Origin: Thermoanaerobaculia bacterium
Lineage (GTDB): Bacteria > Acidobacteriota > Thermoanaerobaculia > UBA2201 > DAOSWS01
Reading direction: 5' to 3'
Assembly (NCBI GenBank): GCA_035593605.1
Contig: DAOSWS010000016.1
Span: 18,672 to 82,671, forward strand
DNA: 64,000 bases
The notes beneath the pieces are model-generated. The model was not told where the DNA came from. It did no database searches and saw only the letters and a list, made by a program, of their open reading frames with translations. Positions within the stretch are counted from its first letter, which is position 1. Every line of letters starts with the position of its first letter. Shown piece after piece: positions 1 through 10,808 of the stretch. A program made the position numbers and the translations under genes.

Positions 1-285
1 AACAGCCAGTCGACCGTGAAGCCGGACAGAGGGAGCTCCCCCGGGAAGGTGGATCACTTCCACATCCGTAAACCGGATGGGAAACCCAACCGGTCGGAGG
101 GCCTTGTACACCGCCTCTTTCATGCTGAATATGACCGCAAGTTCCTGGATAAAGACCGGGTGTTCATCCGCGTGGCGAATTTCGCCGGGATGGGTGATCC
201 GATGGAGAAATTTCTTCCCAAATCGGGAATAGGCAGATGCGATCCGTTTCAGATTGACAATATCAACACCGATGCCGTAGATCAT
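1..285 (-). CDS. acpS: holo-[acyl-carrier-protein] synthase AcpS, N-terminal 95 codons (gene runs off the left edge)
   Basis: Absent from ORF track (no stop in window). Minus-strand translation from ATG 285..283: MIYGIGVDIVNLKRIASAYSRFGKKFLHRITHPGEIRHADEHPVFIQELAVIFSMKEAVYKALRPVGFPIRFTDVEVIHLPGGAPSVRLHGRLAV. It carries the GIGxDIV and KEAxxKA motifs of AcpS. The ATG shares one base with the upstream stop (TGATG). Confidence 0.8.
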   Translation of the reverse strand, partial: MIYGIGVDIVNLKRIASAYSRFGKKFLHRITHPGEIRHADEHPVFIQELAVIFSMKEAVYKALRPVGFPIRFTDVEVIHLPGGAPSVRLHGRLAV

Positions 286-1082
286 CAGAGCGGTGTATTC
301 AGGTTGAGGGGGTGGGCTCCGCCTCCAATCTTAAAATTGTGCATCATCGCCTTCCGGATATAGAGCTTGGCCTTGTTGACGCTGGTCAGAAGATCGTCTC
401 CCTTGATGAGGTTTCCCAGCACACAGGAAGAGAAAACCGCACCTTTGCCCAGCGTGTTTTCCGTAACCATCAGAGGGGCATCCGCCAGTTTGATGCTCAT
501 GCCGTCATGAACCACATCCATGGCGCGATTATCCTTCCCTCTTGAGGTGATCACGACCTGGCTGCACCCGCGCTGGATCAGCTCCGAGGCTGCATCGCGC
601 ATGGCCTGCAGGTCCTCGACCGGTTTTCCCAGGATCATACCGGCCTCCTCCACGTTGCATACGACAATATCCACTTTGGGCATGATATGGGTGACCAGGG
701 CATTGAGAACAGCGGGCGTCTGGAGACGGTGTCCTAACGGATGGATCAGGGAAAGATCCAGCAGGCTGGGCTGGATGGGTCGGGAGCCGAGAAGCTCCGC
801 TACCATGTCGACCGTAATTTCTTCAGGGAGCAGGGAAAGCTTCAGCCCATTAAACGTGAGATCGGAGAGAAGCGCTTCCAGCTGCTGCCCCACACTTGCG
901 AAGGGAACCGGCATGAAATCGGTGACCTGACGGGTATTCTGGGCAAAGATCCCCGTCACACAGGCCGCCACGTAATAACGAAAATTGTGAAACATACGGA
1001 TATCCACACCGACACCGCCTGCGCCGGTCGGATCGAAGGCCCCAATGACAAGAACACGTTTATTCACAACCATATTGTACAT
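285..1082 (-). CDS. thiD: ThiD/PdxK-family hydroxymethylpyrimidine (or pyridoxal) kinase-like protein
   Basis: Track ORF 285..1442 trimmed to ATG 1082 (MYNMVVNKRVLVIGAFDPTGAGGVGVDIRMF...). By eye it is colinear with ThiD (AGxDxxGGAG-like N-term, AQNT, C-terminal NTxGxG segment). The extra 120 upstream codons of the track ORF run antisense into the kinase gene. Confidence 0.8.
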   Translation of the reverse strand: MYNMVVNKRVLVIGAFDPTGAGGVGVDIRMFHNFRYYVAACVTGIFAQNTRQVTDFMPVPFASVGQQLEALLSDLTFNGLKLSLLPEEITVDMVAELLGSRPIQPSLLDLSLIHPLGHRLQTPAVLNALVTHIMPKVDIVVCNVEEAGMILGKPVEDLQAMRDAASELIQRGCSQVVITSRGKDNRAMDVVHDGMSIKLADAPLMVTENTLGKGAVFSSCVLGNLIKGDDLLTSVNKAKLYIRKAMMHNFKIGGGAHPLNLNTPL

Positions 1083-1140
1083 AATTTCACCAGTGCGCGC
1101 AAAACCAGCCTTCGACAGGGCCGTGTTAGAATGTCGCCAT

Positions 1141-4086
1141 ATGGACATCCGCCTCTGCCCGAAATGTGAAACCGTCCATGGCGGAGGGACTTCCTGCCCT
1201 TCGTGCAGCAGTGGCCTCGTTCTCCAGGACGAATCTTTTTTTCTGGGGAAATTCGTCGGAAAATACCTGATTGACAGGCTTCTGGGAGCCGGGGGTATGG
1301 GTGTCGTGTTTCGGGCCATCCACACGACACTAAAGAGGCCTGCAGCCCTGAAAATTATCCTGCCCGAGCTTTCCGATGAGGGATTCCTCCAGCGATTCCA
1401 GAGGGAAGCGCAGCTTCTTGCCGATCTGAAACATCCCAACATCGTGGAAATCTACGACTTCGACGTGTCCCCCTGGGGCCCTCCCTTTTATGTGATGGAG
1501 TATCTGGAGGGGAAGAGCCTTCGCAGGGTCCTGTCCGACGGATCTTCCCCCATTCCCTATCCTGAGGCATGTTCCATCCTTCAGGATCTTTCCTCCGCAT
1601 TGCAGTACGCCCATCGAAAGGGCGTCATTCACCGGGATCTGAAGCCGGAAAATATCATGCTGATTCCGCTGGAGGATCGCACCGTCGTAAAGATTCTTGA
1701 CTTCGGTATTGCCAAAATCCTCACCCGTGCCCGGGAGGAGGCCTCCATTCTGACCCAGACGGGGGCAGTTCTCGGAACGCCCCAGTACATGGCTCCTGAG
1801 CAGGTCATGGGAGGAGAAGTTGGACCGGCCACCGATCAGTACGCCCTCGCTCTGATCACGGCGGAAATGTTGACCGGGAAGGCCCTTCGAGCAGGAAAGA
1901 CCCTGGGAGAAATCATTTCCCGGGAATTCACCACTCCCCTCCCCCTTGAGACCCTCTCGAAGGAAGATCTTCCTCCAGGAGCCGGAGAAGCTCTTCGAAG
2001 GGCCACACAACCCGATCCTTCTCTCCGTTTTGAAGATGTGACGTCCTACATGCGCGCCTTCTGTGCCGAACATGTTTCCGCCGGTGAGGGGGCCACTTCC
2101 GTAGTGCGGAGAGATACGGAGGCCACCCCGACCATTTCCGTCCCGTCCCACCCCTTCCCGTCAGCAAAAAAGCGGCGCAGGTTCCCCTTTGTTCCTGTGG
2201 GAATTCTTATCCTGATTCTCGCCCTTTCGTCCATTCTCTTTCTGGTTCGGCCATGGAGCCGGACGTCTACCGAACCAGCGGAACTTCTTACTTTACTCGA
2301 TACGATTGCCCTCCCTCCTGACACCGTTTCGATTCTCGGTTCAGGGGAGGGTGCCATCCTTCTTAAGGGATCGGGCTGCGTCTACCTTCTCGATCCTTCC
2401 AATCCAGCCATACCCGGACGTTTTCCACTCATGGAAGGGGAGCAGATCCTGGGCAGGCTCCGGGATGGGAGGCTGGCTACCCGGGAGGGAGAAACCGTAT
2501 GGGCCAGAGATTTACAGCAGAATGAGCGCAAGCCGCTCTTTGAAGACCTGGAGAGCGGAAAGAACCTGCGTATCAATACGGATGGAACCTGGCTGGCCCT
2601 TTTTGATTCAGAGAACGTCACCCTTCTTTCTTCAGGTGAGACAAAACCCGTTCGTTTTGCGCCGGGTGATGGGGAAATCCTGGAGGTCACCGTCGGTTCC
2701 CGGTATGCCGCGATGGTTTCCCGGCTGGGCAGTGTCACCCTCATCGATCTACATTCCGGCTCTCCCGTATTTCGTGCGCCCTATCCGGAAAGCGAGGTTA
2801 AGACCCTCGCTCTGCAGGAAGCCTTTGGCCTTGTCGCCGTGGGCGGTTGGTACGACACCCTCTTTCTGGGCAGGGCAGGTGAGAATCGACTCTTTCCCGT
2901 GCTGACAACCCCGGGGATGACGCGCCATATTCAGATTCTGCCCGATCATCCCACCCTCGTGGCTGCAAAGGGAGACACCCTGACCCTCTACCGCCCGGAA
3001 AATCCCACCCCGACCATGTTGAATTTTGAAGGGAGGGATGTCCTGGATGCCGCCATGGTTGCAGAGGGACTTGCCATTGTTGTTGCCCGACCGCTTCAGA
3101 TGTTTCTCTACCGATACAGAGATCTTTCGATTGCCACCACGATCTCCACCGGACCCAAGGAAATATGGGCTCTCGCAACCGGTGAGAAGGACTCCACGAT
3201 CTATGCAGGGAATTCGGAGGGAACGCTCTTTCGGGTCAATCCTGAACATGGCGACATTGAAACGCACCCCCTCCACACCCAGGGAATCACGTCCATGGTT
3301 GCAGGGGGAGCTTACCTGGCTTCGGCTTCTGACGACAAAACGATCGCCGTCTGGAAGATTCCCGAAATGAACGTAATCTGGCGATCACGGGTCCATGACT
3401 ACCTGATAAATTTTCTCTTTCTCAATTCCCACACTTCAACACTCTGGTCCTCCTCTTCGGATGGAACGGTCAAGGCGTGGCGCTGGCCTGGATTGGAAGA
3501 CGCGGGCAGTTTTCCGATTGAACGGATCTCTTCCGCTGCCCTGTGGGTAAACCGTGAGGAAAACAAGGCCCTTCTGGGAACATGGGACCATCGAGCCCTG
3601 CTCTTGGAACGGACGGAAGGCAGTTGGAAGGTCATCGCCACCTATGCCCTCCCCTCCTCCGGCGGATACTCTATCGCGGCTCTTGAAGACAGAGGTCTGA
3701 TCCTCCTCGTCGGCGTCAATCCCACGGGCCTCTTCCTTCTGGATGCACGCGACAATCAATTCTTCTCCCTCGACCCCATGGGTCTTACCCTCTTCTGGAC
3801 AACACCGTATGATCAGGATTCACTGCTTGTTGGGGGAGAAAACGTTCTTGGCCTTCTTTCCTTTACGCGAGGGGATAGCGAGATCTCCTGCAAATCAGCC
3901 ATCCGTTTTTCCACCGACCTCCACACACTCTTTATTGTCCTGAATTCTCAACCTGCGTCACAGATTATTGCAGGTAGCGGCAAGGGGGAAATTCACATTC
4001 TTGATTTGACAGATCAAAATATCCCTTTCGCGGCCACCGATCTTCACCCCCGGCTCCTGACTCCTCTGAAACGATCAGGCCAGTAA
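1141..4086 (+). CDS. Ser/Thr protein kinase with N-terminal zinc ribbon, one TM helix and a large WD40-like beta-propeller region
   Basis: Track ORF 1045..4086 trimmed to ATG 1141 (MDIRLCPKCETVHGGGTSCPSCSS = CxxC..CxxC). Hanks motifs GAGGMGVVF, ALK, HRDLKPEN, DFG, APE are present. There is a hydrophobic helix FVPVGILILILALSSILFLV, and the C-terminal ~600 aa has WD40-like strands (ASASDDKTIAVWKI, SSSSDGTVKAWRW). Confidence 0.85.
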   Translation: MDIRLCPKCETVHGGGTSCPSCSSGLVLQDESFFLGKFVGKYLIDRLLGAGGMGVVFRAIHTTLKRPAALKIILPELSDEGFLQRFQREAQLLADLKHPNIVEIYDFDVSPWGPPFYVMEYLEGKSLRRVLSDGSSPIPYPEACSILQDLSSALQYAHRKGVIHRDLKPENIMLIPLEDRTVVKILDFGIAKILTRAREEASILTQTGAVLGTPQYMAPEQVMGGEVGPATDQYALALITAEMLTGKALRAGKTLGEIISREFTTPLPLETLSKEDLPPGAGEALRRATQPDPSLRFEDVTSYMRAFCAEHVSAGEGATSVVRRDTEATPTISVPSHPFPSAKKRRRFPFVPVGILILILALSSILFLVRPWSRTSTEPAELLTLLDTIALPPDTVSILGSGEGAILLKGSGCVYLLDPSNPAIPGRFPLMEGEQILGRLRDGRLATREGETVWARDLQQNERKPLFEDLESGKNLRINTDGTWLALFDSENVTLLSSGETKPVRFAPGDGEILEVTVGSRYAAMVSRLGSVTLIDLHSGSPVFRAPYPESEVKTLALQEAFGLVAVGGWYDTLFLGRAGENRLFPVLTTPGMTRHIQILPDHPTLVAAKGDTLTLYRPENPTPTMLNFEGRDVLDAAMVAEGLAIVVARPLQMFLYRYRDLSIATTISTGPKEIWALATGEKDSTIYAGNSEGTLFRVNPEHGDIETHPLHTQGITSMVAGGAYLASASDDKTIAVWKIPEMNVIWRSRVHDYLINFLFLNSHTSTLWSSSSDGTVKAWRWPGLEDAGSFPIERISSAALWVNREENKALLGTWDHRALLLERTEGSWKVIATYALPSSGGYSIAALEDRGLILLVGVNPTGLFLLDARDNQFFSLDPMGLTLFWTTPYDQDSLLVGGENVLGLLSFTRGDSEISCKSAIRFSTDLHTLFIVLNSQPASQIIAGSGKGEIHILDLTDQNIPFAATDLHPRLLTPLKRSGQ

Positions 4087-4326
4087 GGCTTCCAGGTAGG
4101 CTTCCGCCTCTTCCCTCCCCCCGTCAAATCCTTTAAGGATCAATTTTCCGTTGCAGAAAAGGGTCAAATCCTTCCCCTGAAAGGATCCCATCGTCATAAT
4201 GTCCCCCACCTGCCTTGTGATCGAGACCCTGGTTCGAATGCGCTGAATCACCTCAGCTGAATGGGAGGGTTCAAGAAGGGCGATAAAATCCCGTTCTTCA
4301 TTACAGGAGGGCTCCAGATCCCTCAC
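4075..4326 (-). CDS. small hypothetical protein at the 3' end of the Fe-S operon (start uncertain: GTG 4326 or GTG 4371)
   Basis: Track ORF 4075..4371 starts at GTG 4371, 37 nt inside sufS. GTG 4326 lies 9 nt after the sufS stop. There is no ATG before codon 59. The tail ...DLTLFCNGKLILKGFDGGREEAEAYLEALLA matches no family I can name with confidence. The 3' end overlaps the convergent kinase gene by 12 nt. Confidence 0.35.
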   Translation of the reverse strand: MRDLEPSCNEERDFIALLEPSHSAEVIQRIRTRVSITRQVGDIMTMGSFQGKDLTLFCNGKLILKGFDGGREEAEAYLEALLA

Positions 4327-4334
4327 GTATCGGG

Positions 4335-5570
4335 TCAGGCCTTTGTCAGAGTTTCCAGAGCTTCGAGGCACCGGTCAACTTCCTCTTCTGTGTTGTAGAT
4401 GTACGGGGTGATCCGGATGGTGGCCGGGACGTTAAAATGGGAATGAAGGGGATGGGCACAATGCCGTCCGGATCGAACACAGATTCCCTGCGTATCGAGA
4501 TAGGACGCCACATCATCTGCTGAATATCCATCCAGCGTAAAGGCGAGCGTTCCGATTGAATCTTCAGGATCGGGAACGGGAATCAGGGTACGCACACCGG
4601 GAAGCTGATCCAGTCCTCGGGTCAGCCGATCAAAGAGAACATATCCGTGTTCCCGGATAAAGGACCAGCCAACCTTTTTCAAGTACTGTATCGCGGTCTC
4701 CATTCCAACTGCGGAAGCGACGTTTGCCGTCCCGGCTTCGAATTTCCATGGCAGTTCGTTCCAGACGACATCGAGTTGATCCGATTCGGGGGAAAAACGA
4801 ACCTCGGAGATCATGTCACCCCCGCCAAGGAAAGGAGGCATGGTGCGCAGGAGCTCTTCCCGGGCCCAGAGAACACCCATTCCCAATGGTCCAAGCATCT
4901 TGTGAGCAGAAAAGGCATAGGCGTCGGCACCGAGAGACACCACATTCACGTCGAGATGGGGCACAGCCTGTGCACCGTCAACGATGAGGAGGGCTCCCGC
5001 CCTGTGAACCAACTCTGCAATGGTACGGATGTCGTTGATCCTTCCCAGCACATTGGACACGTGGGGAAGAGCCACGATTCGCGGTTTCCTTTCCAGCTCC
5101 CGCTGCAGGGCTTCAAAATCGAGGGTCCCATCTTCACAAACGGGCAGAAGGTGAAGGTGGATCCCCATCCGCTCCTTCAATAGAATCCAGGGAATCAGAT
5201 TGCTGTGGTGATCGGAGACCGATGCGACGACATGATCTCCGGGACGAAGATATTTCTCGGACAGGGATCGGGCGAGCAGGTTGAGAGCCTCAGTTGTATT
5301 TCGCGTAAAGATAACCTCCCGGTAAGAGGAGGCATGGATAAAGCGTGCCACGGTATGGTGAGTCCTGAGGTAGAGCTCTGTGGCTTCTCTGGCCAGCGAA
5401 TAGACACCCCGGTGCACATTGGCGTTGGTTGTGGCATAAAACGCATGCTCCGCTTCGAGAACCGACCGCGGCTTCTGCGTGGTGGCAGCATTATCGAGGT
5501 AAACGAGCGTATGGCCATTCCGGGCCTGAGCCAGGATCGGGAAATCTTTCCTCAGGAGGTCAAGATTCAT
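4335..5570 (-). CDS. sufS: cysteine desulfurase, SufS/CsdA type (class V aminotransferase, group II)
   Basis: Trimmed to ATG 5570 (MNLDLLRKDFPILAQARNGHTLVYLDNAATTQKP). PLP-lysine motif FSAHKMLGPLGMGVLW and catalytic Cys loop RSGRHCAHP are present. The ATG overlaps the upstream stop by 11 nt. Confidence 0.85.
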   Translation of the reverse strand: MNLDLLRKDFPILAQARNGHTLVYLDNAATTQKPRSVLEAEHAFYATTNANVHRGVYSLAREATELYLRTHHTVARFIHASSYREVIFTRNTTEALNLLARSLSEKYLRPGDHVVASVSDHHSNLIPWILLKERMGIHLHLLPVCEDGTLDFEALQRELERKPRIVALPHVSNVLGRINDIRTIAELVHRAGALLIVDGAQAVPHLDVNVVSLGADAYAFSAHKMLGPLGMGVLWAREELLRTMPPFLGGGDMISEVRFSPESDQLDVVWNELPWKFEAGTANVASAVGMETAIQYLKKVGWSFIREHGYVLFDRLTRGLDQLPGVRTLIPVPDPEDSIGTLAFTLDGYSADDVASYLDTQGICVRSGRHCAHPLHSHFNVPATIRITPYIYNTEEEVDRCLEALETLTKA

Positions 5571-6057
5571 CGGAGGATTCAAACCGATCCTGCATGGTTT
5601 CCGCCAGCTCTTCTTCTTCAAGGGCATGGGCTTCGTCGGAAGTCAGCTCCGCAGGAAGCCACTCCGGCCCGGGTGGATGCTCTTCAAAATATTTCCGTAT
5701 GGAACGGCGCAACGCACCGACGGCCAGAACACCGCAGTGGACTTTTACTGGAGGAAGGCCCCCCAGATCCTCGGCGATTTCCTTCCATGATGCAAAAAAC
5801 GCATCCCGGAGAAGCTGGCCCTTCACCCGCTCGGTAAGAGCGGATGCTGTGGCGATATTAGACGCACATCCAAAGCTCTCAAATGAGATCGATTCGAGGT
5901 TTGCATCTTTTACCTTCAGGTAGAAGGTGATCATGTCTCCACACGCCATACTTCCGGCAGAAGCCTTTACGTCGGCATCGGCCATGGGACCCAGGTTTCG
6001 CGGATTGCGAAAGTGATCAAGCACCTGAGGTGAATAGGGGAGCGGAGAACGGGTCAT
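5560..6057 (-). CDS. iscU: IscU/NifU-N-type Fe-S cluster scaffold with an acidic C-terminal extension
   Basis: The three scaffold cysteines sit in canonical contexts: SMACGD, FGCASNIA, VHCGVLA. The N-terminal YSPQVLDHFRNPRN is typical. The start overlaps the upstream stop (6054..6057). Confidence 0.85.
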   Translation of the reverse strand: MTRSPLPYSPQVLDHFRNPRNLGPMADADVKASAGSMACGDMITFYLKVKDANLESISFESFGCASNIATASALTERVKGQLLRDAFFASWKEIAEDLGGLPPVKVHCGVLAVGALRRSIRKYFEEHPPGPEWLPAELTSDEAHALEEEELAETMQDRFESSDES

Positions 6058-7382
6058 GATTCCTCCCGGTAGGCACCGGATATGGTCCGAAGCCGGATGA
6101 GGCTCAGAGGAAAGGATTCCAGGATATGGTCCACATCCTCATCCGTTAGACAGCGGTGGACTTTCATCAGGATACTTCCATGCGCCTCTTCAAATTTGCG
6201 CCCCATAGCCATGAGAACGTGGGACGGTTGAAGAATCTTCCTGGAACAGGCACTTCCCGAAGACACGTAGATCCCCCGATCTGCCAGGTCCACGGTCAGG
6301 GCCTCTCCCTCTGCATGAAGAAAGGAGATATTCACGTTGTCGGATGCTCTCGACGTCCGGGGACCGTTCAGAAGGGAATCGGGAAGTGTAAGCAATTCAT
6401 TCATCAGGCGATCCCGCATGGCATTCAGTCGTTCCAGCGTATGATCGAAATCGAAGAAATGGGCCTTTACCGCAGCTGCAAATCCGGCAATTGCAGGTAT
6501 ATTTTCGTCTCCCGGCCACAGGGGTTGGGTTGAATAGGCTCCTTCAAGGAGAGCGTTTACATTTTTCCGCTGTTTCACCCAGAGGCCGGCAACTCCGCGA
6601 GGTCCGAGAAGTTTCGTCGAGGAAAAGGTAGCCATGTCGAGATCGAGATCCGGGAGCCGAAGGGGAATCTTGCCGAATGCATCGGAAAGGTCAGAATGGA
6701 TAAGAGCTTCCGGACTTCGATCCCGGATCAGCCTGATGATTTCCTTCATCGGCTGAATCGTTCCCGTCTCCGCATTGACCATGGCAATCGAGATAATCAT
6801 GGTTTCTTCGTTTACCGCATCCTTCAACCGATCGAGATCGATCGTTCCGTCTGAATCCACTTTAATTTTATGTAAAGAAAAACCCTCCCGGGACAGACGT
6901 TCTGCGCAGTGGAGAACACTTAAGGGCTCGACCTGGGAGACCACCACGCCCCGGGCTGATCCCTTGCGGTTTCGAGTAGAACCGAGGATCGCCAGGTTGT
7001 TGGCTTCTGTCGTATCGTGGGGAAAGTGGAGACCATCCGCTGTCGGGAAGCCTAAAGCGTTTGAAATAATGGTTCCGGATTCCTGGAGGACCTGATAGGC
7101 TTCCCATCCCGGTGCGTGGGTCATTCCCGTATGGCCGTACCCCTCCCGGTTGAAGTAGGGCAACATGGCCTGAACCACGTCTTCAGCCACATAGTAACCA
7201 TTTTCCACATCAAGAAAGACACGACGCTCCATGGGTATACCGTCCATTACAGAAAAGGCTGCGGGACCGGAACCCAGGGGGCCCGGACCCGGAAAATCCA
7301 TCGAATTACTATAGACGATCGGCGTGTTCTTTTCAACACAGCGTTCTTCAGGGTTTCGTCGTTGGAGGTGGATGTCCTTCAC
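6054..7382 (-). CDS. divergent NifS/IscS-like class V aminotransferase (cysteine-desulfurase-like); start uncertain
   Basis: By eye it is colinear with IscS, including the catalytic loop SSGSACS and FSSTKLLGPRGVAG (Lys kept). Several PLP-site motifs are substituted (see finding). The track start is GTG 7382. In-frame ATGs at 7301, 7247 and 7232 are alternatives, and none has a clear SD. Confidence 0.7.
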   Translation of the reverse strand: MKDIHLQRRNPEERCVEKNTPIVYSNSMDFPGPGPLGSGPAAFSVMDGIPMERRVFLDVENGYYVAEDVVQAMLPYFNREGYGHTGMTHAPGWEAYQVLQESGTIISNALGFPTADGLHFPHDTTEANNLAILGSTRNRKGSARGVVVSQVEPLSVLHCAERLSREGFSLHKIKVDSDGTIDLDRLKDAVNEETMIISIAMVNAETGTIQPMKEIIRLIRDRSPEALIHSDLSDAFGKIPLRLPDLDLDMATFSSTKLLGPRGVAGLWVKQRKNVNALLEGAYSTQPLWPGDENIPAIAGFAAAVKAHFFDFDHTLERLNAMRDRLMNELLTLPDSLLNGPRTSRASDNVNISFLHAEGEALTVDLADRGIYVSSGSACSRKILQPSHVLMAMGRKFEEAHGSILMKVHRCLTDEDVDHILESFPLSLIRLRTISGAYREES

Positions 7383-7609
7383 CGCTCAGACAGAGCAGAT
7401 CCTTCCTTCCTGAACCGGCAGGAGCTGCTCACGACGGAAATCTGCGCGCGGTCCATGGCAATCAATCCAGACTGGAAACCATTTGTGGAAATTAGGGAGA
7501 GTGTCACCGTCTCTCCGGCAATGACCCAGTCCCGGGCACGGTCCACCATACCCGGAAACAGTACAGGGATCCACAGGATCCTGAGCCCGGGGCCTCGTGT
7601 CTTTTTCAT
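7379..7609 (-). CDS. hypothetical 76-aa protein, first ORF of the Fe-S operon
   Basis: ATG 7609, stop overlapping GTG 7382 of the next gene (GTGA). Hydrophobic N-terminus MKKTRGPGLRILWIPVLFPGMV. No recognisable motif, so coding status is unproven. Confidence 0.3.
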   Translation of the reverse strand: MKKTRGPGLRILWIPVLFPGMVDRARDWVIAGETVTLSLISTNGFQSGLIAMDRAQISVVSSSCRFRKEGSALSER

Positions 7610-7627
7610 GGCATAAACCCGGAATTG

Positions 7628-7656
7628 ATTATATCTGCCTATCCTTCCGGCTCCAA
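7628..7656 (-). promoter_or_regulatory. candidate sigma70-type promoter for the Fe-S operon
   Basis: Minus strand: -35 TTGGAG (7656..7651), 17-nt spacer, perfect -10 TATAAT (7633..7628). This is about 19 nt upstream of ATG 7609. Confidence 0.4.
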
Positions 7657-7663
7657 CTTCATG

Positions 7664-7692
7664 TTGACAAATAACGGCCGATTCTCTAACAT
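7664..7692 (+). promoter_or_regulatory. candidate sigma70-type promoter for kdsB-pyrG-kdsA-kdsD
   Basis: -35 TTGACA (7664..7669), 17-nt spacer, -10 TAACAT (7687..7692). The kdsB GTG at 7699 would lie at or next to the predicted TSS. Confidence 0.35.
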
Positions 7693-7698
7693 CTTTTC

Positions 7699-10022
<2,324 letters not shown>

Positions 10023-10025
10023 TCC

Positions 10026-10808
10026 ATGAAACGCATCCTTCTCTTTGCGGGACCCTGCGTGATTGAATCCCTTGATCACTCCCTGACCATGGCCGAAAAA
10101 ATCCTGGAAATCACCCGCGATCTTCCTGTGGATTTCGTCTTCAAATCATCCTTCGATAAGGCCAACCGGACGTCCCTTGATTCCTACCGGGGACCCGGCC
10201 TGGATCGTGGTCTATCGATTCTGTCCACGGTTCGCGATCGTGTCGGGGTTCCTGTCATTACCGACATCCACCTTCCCGAACAGGCAGAACCGGCCTCTCA
10301 GGCCGTGGACATTCTCCAGATTCCCGCCTTCCTCTGCCGCCAGACCGACCTTCTCGTTGCGGCGGGAAGCACGGGAAGACCCGTCAATATCAAGAAGGGT
10401 CAGTTCATGTCCCCCGCGGATATGGGATACGCGGTCGAAAAGACCCGGACAGGGGGTTCCCAACGTGTCACCCTGACAGAAAGAGGAACCTTCTTCGGAT
10501 ATGGAAACCTCGTCGTGGACATGCGTTCCCTGGTTATGATGCGGGACCTGGCCGACGGAGTCATCTTTGATGCTACCCACAGTGTCCAGCTTCCCGGCGG
10601 TGCTGGCGGGAAATCGGGCGGATTGAGGGAGTTCATCCTCCCGCTTTCGAAAGCGGCAGCCGCCGTAGGAGTCGATGGCTTTTTTCTGGAGGTTCACGAC
10701 CGGCCCGAGGCCGCTCTTTCCGATGCGGGAAGCCAGCTCGCGTTGAACGATCTTCCATCCTTTCTGGAAACGATTCTCTCGATCTGCAGCGCAGGGGAAA
10801 GACCGTGA
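10026..10808 (+). CDS. kdsA: 2-dehydro-3-deoxyphosphooctonate aldolase (KDO-8-P synthase)
   Basis: FAGPCVIES, FKSSFDKANRTS, ITDIH, QIPAFLCRQTDLL, NIKKGQF. Confidence 0.9.
   Translation: MKRILLFAGPCVIESLDHSLTMAEKILEITRDLPVDFVFKSSFDKANRTSLDSYRGPGLDRGLSILSTVRDRVGVPVITDIHLPEQAEPASQAVDILQIPAFLCRQTDLLVAAGSTGRPVNIKKGQFMSPADMGYAVEKTRTGGSQRVTLTERGTFFGYGNLVVDMRSLVMMRDLADGVIFDATHSVQLPGGAGGKSGGLREFILPLSKAAAAVGVDGFFLEVHDRPEAALSDAGSQLALNDLPSFLETILSICSAGERP

Noticed and set aside
16-363. 115-aa plus-strand track ORF at the left edge
   Set aside because: It lies antisense to a clear AcpS N-terminus (1..285, minus) and to the thiD-like 3' end. It has no motif of its own.
1045-1140. N-terminal extensions offered by longest-ORF calls (kinase 1045, polA 32266, adaptor 40450, cupin 25341, groES 30286, hypothetical 57742)
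   Set aside because: The extensions overlap neighbouring genes, terminators or promoters and precede canonical family N-termini. They were trimmed to internal starts with better context.
1083-1140. Possible TPP riboswitch upstream of the thiD-like gene
   Set aside because: The divergent spacer is only 58 nt, too short for a THI element, and no conserved CTGAGA-type core was seen.
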